From a virus (Duplodnaviria; Caudoviricetes), in the IMG/VR virus record IMGVR_UViG_3300022921_001344, positions 413 to 64,412 of that record: a DNA stretch of 64,000 nucleotides; one strand, written 5' to 3'. Positions 29,478-38,608 of this stretch are shown here, piece after piece. The notes below the pieces were generated by a model. The model was given only the letters and a program-made list of their open reading frames with translations. It had not been told where the DNA came from and searched no databases. Position numbers and translations under genes: made by a program. How positions within the stretch are numbered: the first letter of the stretch is position 1; each line of letters begins with the position of its first letter.

Positions 29478-30672
29478 ATTTTGCTCTTGCTACATGCCTT
29501 CTAAATAAATTATCATTACGTGATAAATGTTCACCAGTACCAATCATAGCATCTAAAGTTCTGTCTATAGTACCGTCCTGATAATCTGATATCTTACCTA
29601 TATTATACTGTGAAACGTCTTCATTGTCAATAGCAGATGTCATCTTTTGTAACTTCTCTATTGCATCTTGTAGACTCCATGGTACATATAGATGATTACC
29701 ATTATTAGCAAATACCTCAGGAAAACTTCTATATGCTGGATATAGTGTAAGTGTACCAAATGTATCTGCTTCACTGACCGTATTACTTACCCAGTCCTGT
29801 AAGGCACAGTTAAATAAAACTTTGCTATCTGCCAGTAGTTCATAATAGTCGTTTTTCTTAAGGCTTGTATAAACCTTAAAGTTAGCAGTATTGCCTTCTT
29901 GTAAAGCCATAGCACGTTCTACATACTCTGGATCATTACTTTTCAGCTCAGGGTGTCCACAAAATATTGCAAACTCCATTGAAGGATCTATCTTATAATA
30001 TGCTTCTGCTAAGTCCATATAAAAGTGCGGTTGTTTCTCATCGTCCCAACGTGCCGCAAAACCAACTCTGTTTGTTCTTTCATTTAAGGGAATGTTGGTA
30101 TCAATTCTACCTCTTACTTCTTCTTTACCATAAGGTAAACCAGTAACATAAATAGGTGCCTTAATACCAGCAATTCTTAAATGTGCAACAAACTCTTCTG
30201 AAGCAACCATTATACCAGTAACAAACTGATCTAACATTTCTTCATACTTACGCATCCAATCAAACATACCCTCTCTAATTAAGAAGTCATCTGGGTCTGT
30301 TGTCTGTGCAAGAAACCTAACAAATACTTTTGGCCTAAACTCAGGAGGTGACTGGTCCATGATGTAGGGTAAACATTCAAGACCTGGTGTAAACATATCT
30401 TCATAAAAGATTACATCATCACTGGTAATTTCACCGTTCTTCATTTTTTGTATTAGGGACATTGTTTGTGATAAACTATAATATGTTCTTCCATGGGCAT
30501 CTAATACACTACCGGTTACTATGGCTTTAGAATTATCTAACTCTTCACCAGTAATAATTTCGTAGTCTATACCTCTTTTGCCAAACACTCTTTCATTCCA
30601 GTCTTGCAACTGTAAAGTGTATCTTGCTTCGTAGGACTCTAGTCCCATGTAATACAATTTACGCATCGTCAT
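29470..30672 (-). CDS. GT-B fold glycosyltransferase
   Basis: FAARWDDEKQP, Y..LLADSKVLFN.ALQD, EA..G...LYP..RSFPE resemble a GT4-type donor-binding domain. Confidence 0.75.
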   Translation of the reverse strand: MTMRKLYYMGLESYEARYTLQLQDWNERVFGKRGIDYEIITGEELDNSKAIVTGSVLDAHGRTYYSLSQTMSLIQKMKNGEITSDDVIFYEDMFTPGLECLPYIMDQSPPEFRPKVFVRFLAQTTDPDDFLIREGMFDWMRKYEEMLDQFVTGIMVASEEFVAHLRIAGIKAPIYVTGLPYGKEEVRGRIDTNIPLNERTNRVGFAARWDDEKQPHFYMDLAEAYYKIDPSMEFAIFCGHPELKSNDPEYVERAMALQEGNTANFKVYTSLKKNDYYELLADSKVLFNCALQDWVSNTVSEADTFGTLTLYPAYRSFPEVFANNGNHLYVPWSLQDAIEKLQKMTSAIDNEDVSQYNIGKISDYQDGTIDRTLDAMIGTGEHLSRNDNLFRRHVARAKYE

Positions 30673-30793
30673 CTCCTAAGCCGCCGTAATCAACCACATC
30701 TGTGATTTCATCATCTAAACTTTGAGCATAATCTTGTTTTTGATCTGCTTCTTCTTTAGATATTTTACTAGGTTTTTTCTTTTTGTCAACCAT
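30659..30793 (-). CDS. 44-aa hypothetical peptide (MVDKKKKPSK...GGLGDDDA; absent from ORF track)
   Basis: Translated by hand; TAATG coupling to the upstream gene and overlap with the GT start. Confidence 0.55.
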   Translation of the reverse strand: MVDKKKKPSKISKEEADQKQDYAQSLDDEITDVVDYGGLGDDDA

Positions 30794-30969
30794 TACATTG
30801 AGTTCTTTTTATCTTGGATTTCAACTCTTCTTGTTTTGCAAAGTTTTGAAATTTCCATTAGGGCCTTTCTTGCTCTTGCGGCTGACGCCTTAACACCTTT
30901 GATTTCAAAGTTGTCTTGCTCTGCTTGATACTCTTCCATCAATGCTTTAAGTTTTAAATGTGTTTCCAT
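30793..30969 (-). CDS. Histone H1-like (Hc1-type) nucleoid protein, 58 aa (absent from ORF track)
   Basis: METHLKLKALMEEYQAEQDNFEIKGVKASAARARKALMEISKLCKTRRVEIQDKKNSM; AAGGAG RBS; KG.KA.A.RARKA..E......R.EIQ signature. Confidence 0.8.
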   Translation of the reverse strand: METHLKLKALMEEYQAEQDNFEIKGVKASAARARKALMEISKLCKTRRVEIQDKKNSM

Positions 30970-30980
30970 TATTTTCTCCT

Positions 30981-31442
30981 TTATTTTAAACTTTCGAATA
31001 CATCAACTAATGCTTGGTCTGGACCATCATTGTCTTCTGTACCCTCCAAATTTGGACCATCCAATTCTTCTACTGGATAATCCATTTCGCAACCGTTTTC
31101 ATTATCTTCGGCTACTGAAATCTTTACAAATCTACCAGGATATCTATCCTGTATTTGTTCTGCTAAATTGTCTGCAATCATTTCGCAGGACTTGTTATTA
31201 AGTTGTATAACTTCTTCGTTATACAAACTTTCAAGCCATCTCTTAAACTGTATAAATTCTATGTCCCTGTCATCGTGGAACACTTCAATCCAAACTTTAA
31301 AGTGAAATATGTGTCTGTGTTTATATCCTAAAAAGGATACATCATATTCATCACCTGTTGCGGTTGCAGGGTTTGTGTCTGCACCAGGGTAGTAATGTAT
31401 ACCCTCTTTACTAAATGTTACCCATATACTTCTCACTACCAA
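30981..31442 (-). CDS. Divergent QueD/6-pyruvoyl-tetrahydropterin synthase-like T-fold protein
   Basis: H..., HRHIFH, D.EF..FK, SCEMIA, V.ED.ENG pattern; lies near folE and queE. Confidence 0.65.
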   Translation of the reverse strand: MVVRSIWVTFSKEGIHYYPGADTNPATATGDEYDVSFLGYKHRHIFHFKVWIEVFHDDRDIEFIQFKRWLESLYNEEVIQLNNKSCEMIADNLAEQIQDRYPGRFVKISVAEDNENGCEMDYPVEELDGPNLEGTEDNDGPDQALVDVFESLK

Positions 31443-31618
31443 CCTCCGTCAATTGTTTCCATTACTTCATTCATATGACCTAACAGTTGTGTGATAGGTT
31501 CATCGTAGTCACCAATCTCATAATCAACGTCATCTTGTTCTTTGAACATTGCTTTTATTTGGTCACCATACTGAACAACCATTTCAAGTTGTTCTCTCAT
31601 TTCATCTGATATAGCCAT
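31436..31618 (-). CDS. Small acidic hypothetical protein
   Basis: RBS and coupling to neighbours. Confidence 0.6.
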   Translation of the reverse strand: MAISDEMREQLEMVVQYGDQIKAMFKEQDDVDYEIGDYDEPITQLLGHMNEVMETIDGGW

Positions 31619-32028
31619 TATGCCTCCTTACTTGGGTCCCACATAACCAAGTTTTTCTTTCTCAGTCTGTTAGTAATAATTGTGTATCTATTTTGTTCTT
31701 CTTTCCATTCTTTTAACCATTTATGTCCATCACGTTCTGCATCAACAAAGATTGCATTAGTAAATGCTAATGGTAGTAAAATAGAAATATGTATAATAAT
31801 ACTTGCTACTGTGCTATACCCAAACCAGCCTAAGTAGTTTGCCGCCAAGAATCCAAAAAACACACTCCATACTGTAAATAGTACTAACATAAAGTATGTT
31901 TGCAAACTTGGATCTTTGATTACTCTTAATGGATTGTATCTCACATCCATTACACGTCTCCAGCCATTTACAAGACCCATTACAGTTCTTCTGAATAGGC
32001 TAGGTTTGTTTATACTTGGTTCTATCAT
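31618..32028 (-). CDS. Membrane protein with two TM segments
   Basis: Two hydrophobic segments; AGGAG RBS. Confidence 0.7.
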   Translation of the reverse strand: MIEPSINKPSLFRRTVMGLVNGWRRVMDVRYNPLRVIKDPSLQTYFMLVLFTVWSVFFGFLAANYLGWFGYSTVASIIIHISILLPLAFTNAIFVDAERDGHKWLKEWKEEQNRYTIITNRLRKKNLVMWDPSKEA

Positions 32029-32037
32029 GTCGTTCTC

Positions 32038-32133
32038 CTATTCTATGTGATTTCTCACAAACTCTTTTATTACATGTAAGCCTACTGACGCCCATGTAAT
32101 TACAATTAAACTCCATATCAGTATCTCAATCAT
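32038..32133 (-). CDS. 31-aa single-TM peptide (MIEILIWSLIVITWASVGLHVIKEFVRNHIE)
   Basis: Translated by hand; fills the gap. Confidence 0.45.
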   Translation of the reverse strand: MIEILIWSLIVITWASVGLHVIKEFVRNHIE

Positions 32134-32344
32134 CTACTTCAGGATCGTAATTGTTGTCATCTTTATGAGGATTACCGCCCTCATACCAACTTCCTTCTTT
32201 TTCAGGAAGTGGATTATCATAATAATCAGTAATTCCTGCTCTTTGTCTTGCTTTCTTTTCGCTAACAAGTATACTACTCATGTATGCAAAATATCCAGCA
32301 CCAATAAATAAAATTAAACCAAAAATAGTATTTAGAATTTCCAT
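32126..32344 (-). CDS. Small membrane protein
   Basis: N-terminal TM segment; GGAGG RBS. Confidence 0.65.
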   Translation of the reverse strand: MEILNTIFGLILFIGAGYFAYMSSILVSEKKARQRAGITDYYDNPLPEKEGSWYEGGNPHKDDNNYDPEVDD

Positions 32345-32490
32345 AAATTTTCCTCCGGATTATTGATAATATCCTGTCTTTCTTTTAAAGACTCTGTTTC
32401 AATATCTTCAAATGTTGTATCACACCAATTACATGGTTCTCCAATAAGAGTTGCAGTTTCTCCTTTTTCTCTGCAATCATGAATCCACAT
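32332..32490 (-). CDS. 52-aa peptide with HxC...CxxC motif
   Basis: Translated by hand (MWIHDC...PCNWCD...LWKF). Confidence 0.5.
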   Translation of the reverse strand: MWIHDCREKGETATLIGEPCNWCDTTFEDIETESLKERQDIINNPEENLWKF

Positions 32491-32494
32491 TTTA

Positions 32495-32668
32495 TTAGAC
32501 ATCTAAATAATCCCTAATTTCTTCAGGTACATCAGCACCGTTTTTTACAAGAAGAATGAAAATTAATTTCATAAAATCAGCATATTCTTCCTCAGTTTTA
32601 AAGCCACTTATGTGACTAGCCGATGTTTCGATACCATGATCGTCTGTAATTTTAATATCTATTTTCAT
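32495..32668 (-). CDS. 57-aa hypothetical protein (MKIDIKITDD...)
   Basis: Translated by hand; ATGA coupling with the gene ending at 32665. Confidence 0.55.
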   Translation of the reverse strand: MKIDIKITDDHGIETSASHISGFKTEEEYADFMKLIFILLVKNGADVPEEIRDYLDV

Positions 32669-33177
32669 TCTACTGGCTTATCGCCTCCATCAGTGTATTT
32701 AGACCAAGGAATAAAATGTTCCTTATCTAATACATCTTGTAATTGCATTGACCAAGTACCTTCATTGGTCTTGTCAAATCCTTTATCAGCAACCTTAAAT
32801 GCTGTATTGAAATTATATTTAGACGAATTAGGTAAAATAGCGACAATAACAGGTATAAAATTACTAAATTCGTGTAGTCCCATTTTATAAATATCTTCTG
32901 CATATTTTACCGCAAACTCTAAAGTTATCTTTACACCATTTTCTAATATATGTAAAAGTAGTTCTTCCCATAATTTCCACTGATCAAATCGTTCAGGATC
33001 AAAGTAGCATATATGTATATGTGTACATTTTTCATTTAATGCTCTACTTAATATTTCATCTACTGGTTGATATCCTGCTACAAACAAAGTAGTCTCACCG
33101 TGTGCAACCGTGTTGTCTACTTCTTGACCTACAAAGAATTTTACATCATTAAAATTAGGTTTATCCTTCACCTTCAA
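32665..33177 (-). CDS. Hypothetical protein coupled to the TGT-like gene
   Basis: Overlaps the TGT-like stop; FFVG.EV..T...G.TTLFV and K..D..F..TN.G.W motifs. Confidence 0.7.
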   Translation of the reverse strand: MKVKDKPNFNDVKFFVGQEVDNTVAHGETTLFVAGYQPVDEILSRALNEKCTHIHICYFDPERFDQWKLWEELLLHILENGVKITLEFAVKYAEDIYKMGLHEFSNFIPVIVAILPNSSKYNFNTAFKVADKGFDKTNEGTWSMQLQDVLDKEHFIPWSKYTDGGDKPVE

Positions 33178-34699
33178 ATTCTCCTGTCATTATTTCATGA
33201 TTCATATCATCATCTCTGTCGCCTTCGATATATTCTTCCTGCTCAAAGAAACTACCAAATGAATTACTCTTACCTGCTTGCCAGCCATTTTGTGTAATCT
33301 CATCTAAGAATAATTTATTCTCATCTAACATTTTATATGGATCTGGATTTGCAGGATCTAAAAGTTCTTCCACAAATTTATCAAACATTAATATAATACC
33401 TGGTACATGAGGACTTCTCTCATTTGTACTAGATGTTTTCTTTTCACCTGTTCTATATTCTCTCCAATCGCATGATGTTCTGTGTTTTTCAACATCAGCA
33501 AGTCTATTTGCTTCTATAAATGCTTCTATATGATTATGTACACTATGTCCCATATATAAACTATAACTTAAAGTGTCCCAACTAGTTCTTGACTCTTTAC
33601 CTGCTTTGTTAAGATCTCCATGTCCTTGTACACAAATATCCCCTACTTTTAATCTATCCATAATAGGACCTTTAAATGGCATTGGCATAGTTGAACCTTT
33701 AAGGTCTTTATTGTCTATAGCCTTATCCATAAAGTAACCAAAACGTTTCTTATCAAAGAAGTTATAGGTATATGTTTGTCCATATGCTGTATTAACAAAA
33801 GGACTGGCCGCATCATAACTTACTTGTATATTAGGACTATCATGTTTTCTTAACTGTCTTTGTATACTGGTTAAATAACAACCCCAATGTAATTTACCTG
33901 TACCTAAACAATGAATCCAACCTTTACCCTCTAATAAACCTTTTTCGCGAAGTTGTAAAAGTCTTTTTAATAGTTGTTCCATTTGTCCAATGTTTATACC
34001 AGCCATTGCATAGCCTTCTAGTGTTCTTGCCTCATCACCGTAATGTTCTTTAACAAATGCTGGATCACTAAATGGTGTAACTAAATCAAACCATTCTTGT
34101 GCCGAGGCATCATCTGCCCCACTAAGAACATTTAGAAACTTAGTTGCACCTGGTACTCTGTTCTTTACAAAGTAATCCAAGTTATACATGCTCATGTCAA
34201 TTGTTTGTTTAACATCAGTAAGACCTGTCTTTTTATTATAAGGAGGTATGGCCGCAAATGCTGGAAAGTCCAATGTCATACTCCAGTCTGCTGTATACTC
34301 CATCCAACGCAACATCTTCTCGCATAGAGCTTCTCTGGCCTTACTATCAGGCTTAATTGCATCTTCCCAGTCCAGTTTAATAACACCTTTAGCAACCTGA
34401 AAGCCACCTGAGTCTCCTAAAATAACTGTTTTAGATCTATCTCTTTTCTGAATCATTGCTTCATGTATATCAGTTTTATCTAAATCTAATTGAGCATGAC
34501 CGGCTGAATATAATCCATATGGATAATAAAAGTATCCATCTTCATCTAAAAAGTTTAATCCCTGTAATCCTTTTTCAAAACCTTCAGGACATCGCATTGT
34601 GTCTTTTTCTTCTTCATATTTCGCTAATTGCCTAGTATAAAAGGCACTTATTGCCGGAAGATATAATGCGTAGTCTTCAGTCTTTTTATTAAAATCCAT
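33161..34699 (-). CDS. tRNA-guanine transglycosylase-fold protein (DpdA-like DNA transglycosylase)
   Basis: GDSGGFQ, MTLDFP, WIHCLG, SYDAASP match TGT catalytic motifs; no CxCxxC Zn site; adjacent to the clamp and polymerase and near folE/queE. Confidence 0.8.
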   Translation of the reverse strand: MDFNKKTEDYALYLPAISAFYTRQLAKYEEEKDTMRCPEGFEKGLQGLNFLDEDGYFYYPYGLYSAGHAQLDLDKTDIHEAMIQKRDRSKTVILGDSGGFQVAKGVIKLDWEDAIKPDSKAREALCEKMLRWMEYTADWSMTLDFPAFAAIPPYNKKTGLTDVKQTIDMSMYNLDYFVKNRVPGATKFLNVLSGADDASAQEWFDLVTPFSDPAFVKEHYGDEARTLEGYAMAGINIGQMEQLLKRLLQLREKGLLEGKGWIHCLGTGKLHWGCYLTSIQRQLRKHDSPNIQVSYDAASPFVNTAYGQTYTYNFFDKKRFGYFMDKAIDNKDLKGSTMPMPFKGPIMDRLKVGDICVQGHGDLNKAGKESRTSWDTLSYSLYMGHSVHNHIEAFIEANRLADVEKHRTSCDWREYRTGEKKTSSTNERSPHVPGIILMFDKFVEELLDPANPDPYKMLDENKLFLDEITQNGWQAGKSNSFGSFFEQEEYIEGDRDDDMNHEIMTGEFEGEG

Positions 34700-34702
34700 A
34701 TT

Positions 34703-35449
34703 TTAACTCTTTGCAGGTAATAGATATGTATATTTTCCAATACCACTATCTACAATAATTTGTAATAACCCCTCATCATTAATACTCATTACACAATTTC
34801 CTGACTCACTTAATTTTAAAATTCTTAAAACTATATCTAAAGGCCATCTCCAGTCTTTAGTAATGCTTCCTTCTATTTCGTTACTGATAGAAATTTTTGT
34901 TCTATCACTAACTCCATCACCTATATGGAAATATAATTGTGTACCATCTGTTTTAGGTGCAAAGTTGGCCTCATAACCACCAAGTACACTATTAAAATAA
35001 CTTAGATCTTTTAGATTCTTTTGTGTAGGAACGATGTTAATATCAAAATCAGCACCTTTAAATTTAATACTTTTAAGTTGTTGATTAATAACATCTGCTA
35101 ACATAAATCTATAATGTGCATCATTACCATCTGAACTCACAAATTTTATTTCAGTAGGAACAGTATCACCGTTTCTATCTTGTTTCACAACCTCAACTTT
35201 TGCAGTCTCATCGTCAAATCCAGGATATTGTAAATACCCTTGTAGAACACCCATCCTACTTAACCCAATAGTTGAATCTACAAAATCAACTACAGGACTA
35301 TGTGTTTGTCCTTTAAAAATTACTGTTTTGTCAGCATCTACAGTTTCAATTTCTGTAGAATCTAATGCTCCTGTAATTTTAACCATTTCAAAAATACCCA
35401 ATCCATGGGTATGTTTTAAAACATCTTTAAATACATCTTTAATTACCAT
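34703..35449 (-). CDS. DNA polymerase sliding clamp (gp45/PCNA-like)
   Basis: 248 aa, directly downstream of the polymerase; PCNA-like C-terminus (GLLQIIVDSG..YTYLLPAK). Confidence 0.7.
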   Translation of the reverse strand: MVIKDVFKDVLKHTHGLGIFEMVKITGALDSTEIETVDADKTVIFKGQTHSPVVDFVDSTIGLSRMGVLQGYLQYPGFDDETAKVEVVKQDRNGDTVPTEIKFVSSDGNDAHYRFMLADVINQQLKSIKFKGADFDINIVPTQKNLKDLSYFNSVLGGYEANFAPKTDGTQLYFHIGDGVSDRTKISISNEIEGSITKDWRWPLDIVLRILKLSESGNCVMSINDEGLLQIIVDSGIGKYTYLLPAKS

Positions 35450-35474
35450 TGTTCAGTCTCCAAGTTATTAAACT

Positions 35475-35502
35475 ATTATACATTACTATTTAGAAAAGTC
35501 AA
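35475..35502 (-). promoter_or_regulatory. Sigma70-type promoter with embedded late-type TAAATAGTA
   Basis: TTGACT-16 nt-TATAAT; the spacer contains CTAAATAGTA. Confidence 0.55.
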
Positions 35503-35526
35503 TTGCTTTTTTACCATTTTTTTAGA

Positions 35527-38211
35527 TTAAAATTCAAAAAACGTAGATAATGTTTTACTTTGTGTTGTTTTATCTAAGTCAAATCCCATAGGACCTATGA
35601 CATTTTTTATCTTTTTATCTAAAATTGTTTCTTCCATCAGTTCTTCATCAAAGGGTAATTCCTTAAACCAGTTGGGCAAGTTGAGTTCATCTGTTGGATA
35701 GGCGACACTTGTATAACCCATTGGATTATTTTTTAATTTGCATACAATTACTTTCATACCATCTGTAATCGGCAAACTATAACTATCACTATTTGCTTGT
35801 TTTAAGTTATTCCAATTTACACTTGCTCTAACATGCCCTGGAATCATTGTGCTTTTACCTTCATTTTCTAATGCTTCTAATTTATGTAATCTGTGACTGG
35901 TTGCAACCTTTGCCTGCGAATTCATTTTTTGTGTATACATAGTCACATTATTTGCTCTCTTAGGAGTTCCTTTCTCCCAAGCAGGCAAATTTTTAAAATA
36001 TTCTTTAAAATCCATAATTTTATTTAGAACTTCATCTTCTGTTTTACCATCCAAGCAATCAAATAAAACATCTTCTAAAAAGTCCTGTATAAATTCAGGA
36101 GTATCTGAACGTTTAATTTCTAAACCCATTGCTTTTAGTTTGCCGCCTTCTGGTTGCCAACCTTCTATATCTAAACATAGTATTGCATATCTTTTCTTGG
36201 TTAAGAACAAACCAGACTTACCAACTACTTCTCTACCAGCAATCATTACAGCACCTTTATCTAAAGGCACATTAAAAGTATCTTTTAAATACTGTGGGAA
36301 AGTATCACTTACTGTATCTGAAATATGATCATATAATTTAATTGCACTATCCATATTCAGTTCTTCACCTTCCGGAAGAGCAGGAACGGCACTAAAATAC
36401 ACAGAGTCTGTGTCACCATATACAATACAGTCTCCTTCATAATCATATGTACCTGTAAGCATACGATTTGTTTCCGCCGCCATATGTTGTGTAATACTTC
36501 TTCCAGTTAGTGTAGTAGATTGTCCTATACGTTTATCATAAAATCTACAACCTGGATTAAGTATTGCACCATACAAACTGTTAAGGATAATCTTTTTAAC
36601 CAACTGTCTTTTATCGTAAAAGGCCTTTTCAGCATCTGTAGTTGCTGATTTTTTCTTAGCCTGTAGTTCTTGCCTTTCTTTATACCAACGTTCCAATAGT
36701 CCTGGAACAACACCCTGTACATCTGTTTTAAACAATGTGCCATTAGCACTTATGTTCCAAGGTTGCCCACTATTAAAGACTAAATTATAAACATCTGCAC
36801 CTGTAACTTCATGTGTAGAACCATCTTCCATATCTAAATGCATCTTATGATCAACATCTTTATTTTTTACAAATTCAAATTCATTAGTAGCAAACTTGCC
36901 ATGCCAAGCATCTGCAAAACTTCTTTTTTCTAATTTTTGTGCATTTGCAATTTCTTCTTCTGTGTAATCCAATCTAAGTTGCCCAACAATAGTTTCAGGA
37001 GCCATATTCAATGCTCTAAACACACTAGGATATAGACTGTTTAAGTCCATACTGCCTACCCATTCATGGAAACCTTTTTTAGGAGTTGCCACAAAGGCAC
37101 CTGCGGCTGTATCACGTTCACGTTCTCCTTTTGCTTTATCAGGAACAACCATACCACGTCTATGTGCTTCATTGATGATTGCAGACTCTGTAGTTGCTAC
37201 AGCACCCATTGTTACAGGTAACAATACAGTATTTTCATGTGCTATAATATTTGCAAGATCTATAAACTGTAACTTCTTATCCATTTTATCTAGTAGCATA
37301 ACATCCTGTATATTATACTCTAAAAACTTTAGGAAGTCATGATTGTAAAGTCTATCTAAACTTCCTTCATATACAACTTTCTTTTCACCTACTTCCATTT
37401 CACCAATGTAGTCTAATCTGTAACTATGTCTTTCTTCATAGTTGTATTTTCTATACAGTTCTAAATAGTCTAAGTGAACACGCCCTACTAGATCAAAACT
37501 TTGTGTTTCTTTACCATATTGCACAAACTTTCTTTCTTTAGGAAGTTTTTTAAGTAGGCACATTCGTCTTGTTTCAGACTTACCTAATGTTCTTGTAATA
37601 CGATTCATTACATAGGGAATATCATAAGATTCACTGTTCCAGCCACTTAGTACATCAGCATCTTCTATAACATCTAAAAATACATCAAGCATCTCCTTTT
37701 CAGTTCTAAAAAGTTTAACCTCTTTTAAAGGACTTGCTACTTCGTGTGCCTGTTCCCAACTCAGTGTTTTAGGCGGAACTGCCAAACAAATCATTGCATC
37801 CATCCATTGTAAATACACACCAATAGATGTAATTGGTGTAAATGGATCTGACGGACTACTAAATCCACGTTCAGGATCAAAGTCAACCTCAATATCAAAG
37901 AATGCTGTTTGTAGTTTAGGGGGTTCAACATTTAAATAATGTTTTGCAAGTGTTTTATTAATAGGACGAATGTCGCTTTCGAAAAGACCGTTATGTGCAT
38001 TTATTCCAACATTTGTTTTAAAGTCTTTCGCATTTTGACAAACAACTTCTGTGACCTTGTCTCCGTAAATACTTTGATGCTTACCTTTTGGATCTTTATA
38101 ATAAAAATTATATTCGGGTTTTATATCTTTGATTATTCGTTTTCCATCGACACGCTCTACGACAGTGACAACATCTTTGCCTTGTTCGTAAAATGCATCA
38201 ACATAACTCAT
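35527..38211 (-). CDS. Family B DNA polymerase (gp43-like)
   Basis: Exonuclease FDIE, GWNS..YD, YNIQD; polymerase DLNSLYP, KIILNSLYG, YGDTDS, KKRY. Confidence 0.97.
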   Translation of the reverse strand: MSYVDAFYEQGKDVVTVVERVDGKRIIKDIKPEYNFYYKDPKGKHQSIYGDKVTEVVCQNAKDFKTNVGINAHNGLFESDIRPINKTLAKHYLNVEPPKLQTAFFDIEVDFDPERGFSSPSDPFTPITSIGVYLQWMDAMICLAVPPKTLSWEQAHEVASPLKEVKLFRTEKEMLDVFLDVIEDADVLSGWNSESYDIPYVMNRITRTLGKSETRRMCLLKKLPKERKFVQYGKETQSFDLVGRVHLDYLELYRKYNYEERHSYRLDYIGEMEVGEKKVVYEGSLDRLYNHDFLKFLEYNIQDVMLLDKMDKKLQFIDLANIIAHENTVLLPVTMGAVATTESAIINEAHRRGMVVPDKAKGERERDTAAGAFVATPKKGFHEWVGSMDLNSLYPSVFRALNMAPETIVGQLRLDYTEEEIANAQKLEKRSFADAWHGKFATNEFEFVKNKDVDHKMHLDMEDGSTHEVTGADVYNLVFNSGQPWNISANGTLFKTDVQGVVPGLLERWYKERQELQAKKKSATTDAEKAFYDKRQLVKKIILNSLYGAILNPGCRFYDKRIGQSTTLTGRSITQHMAAETNRMLTGTYDYEGDCIVYGDTDSVYFSAVPALPEGEELNMDSAIKLYDHISDTVSDTFPQYLKDTFNVPLDKGAVMIAGREVVGKSGLFLTKKRYAILCLDIEGWQPEGGKLKAMGLEIKRSDTPEFIQDFLEDVLFDCLDGKTEDEVLNKIMDFKEYFKNLPAWEKGTPKRANNVTMYTQKMNSQAKVATSHRLHKLEALENEGKSTMIPGHVRASVNWNNLKQANSDSYSLPITDGMKVIVCKLKNNPMGYTSVAYPTDELNLPNWFKELPFDEELMEETILDKKIKNVIGPMGFDLDKTTQSKTLSTFFEF

Positions 38212-38236
38212 AGATAACTCACCTGTAATATACTGT

Positions 38237-38265
38237 ATTATACAGTAATAATATTACTTTGTCAA
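38237..38265 (-). promoter_or_regulatory. Sigma70-type promoter for the DNA polymerase gene
   Basis: TTGACA-17 nt-TATAAT. Confidence 0.75.
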
Positions 38266-38269
38266 TAGT

Positions 38270-38533
38270 TTATAATGTTTTTCCTACTGCTTCTAATATG
38301 GTTTCTAGCTCATCAAATTTGTCATATTCATCTTGGAATTTTGCCTTGTGAGCAAGTTTGATTGCTTTCATTAAAACAGCAGGTTTGAGGTCCATTTCTT
38401 CTGCTATTGCTTTAACAGTTTCTCTAAGACCTGTGTTTAGAGCGTCGACTTCATAAAGTACTTGATCGCCTTCTTGAATTAATTTTTTTAGTCTTGCGAC
38501 TTCTTCTTGATTGAATGTTTTATTAAATGCCAT
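38270..38533 (-). CDS. Small dsDNA-binding protein (T4 DsbA/GapR-like)
   Basis: Helical 87-aa protein with L.E.VKAIAEE.D.KP..L.KAI..AHK pattern. Confidence 0.55.
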   Translation of the reverse strand: MAFNKTFNQEEVARLKKLIQEGDQVLYEVDALNTGLRETVKAIAEEMDLKPAVLMKAIKLAHKAKFQDEYDKFDELETILEAVGKTL

Positions 38534-38608
38534 GTGTTTCCTCTGTGCTCTGTAGTCATATTTATACAGTAAAAAACTAGTATAACAGAAATTTAGGTTA
38601 TGTCAAGA

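Noticed and set aside
30722-30928. Plus-strand 68-aa ORF
   Set aside because: Antisense shadow of the RBS-supported H1-like gene and its neighbour on the minus strand.
33161-34699. Ordinary queuosine tRNA TGT
   Set aside because: Lacks the Zn-binding CxCxxC motif and sits next to the replication genes; a DNA target is more likely, though unproven.
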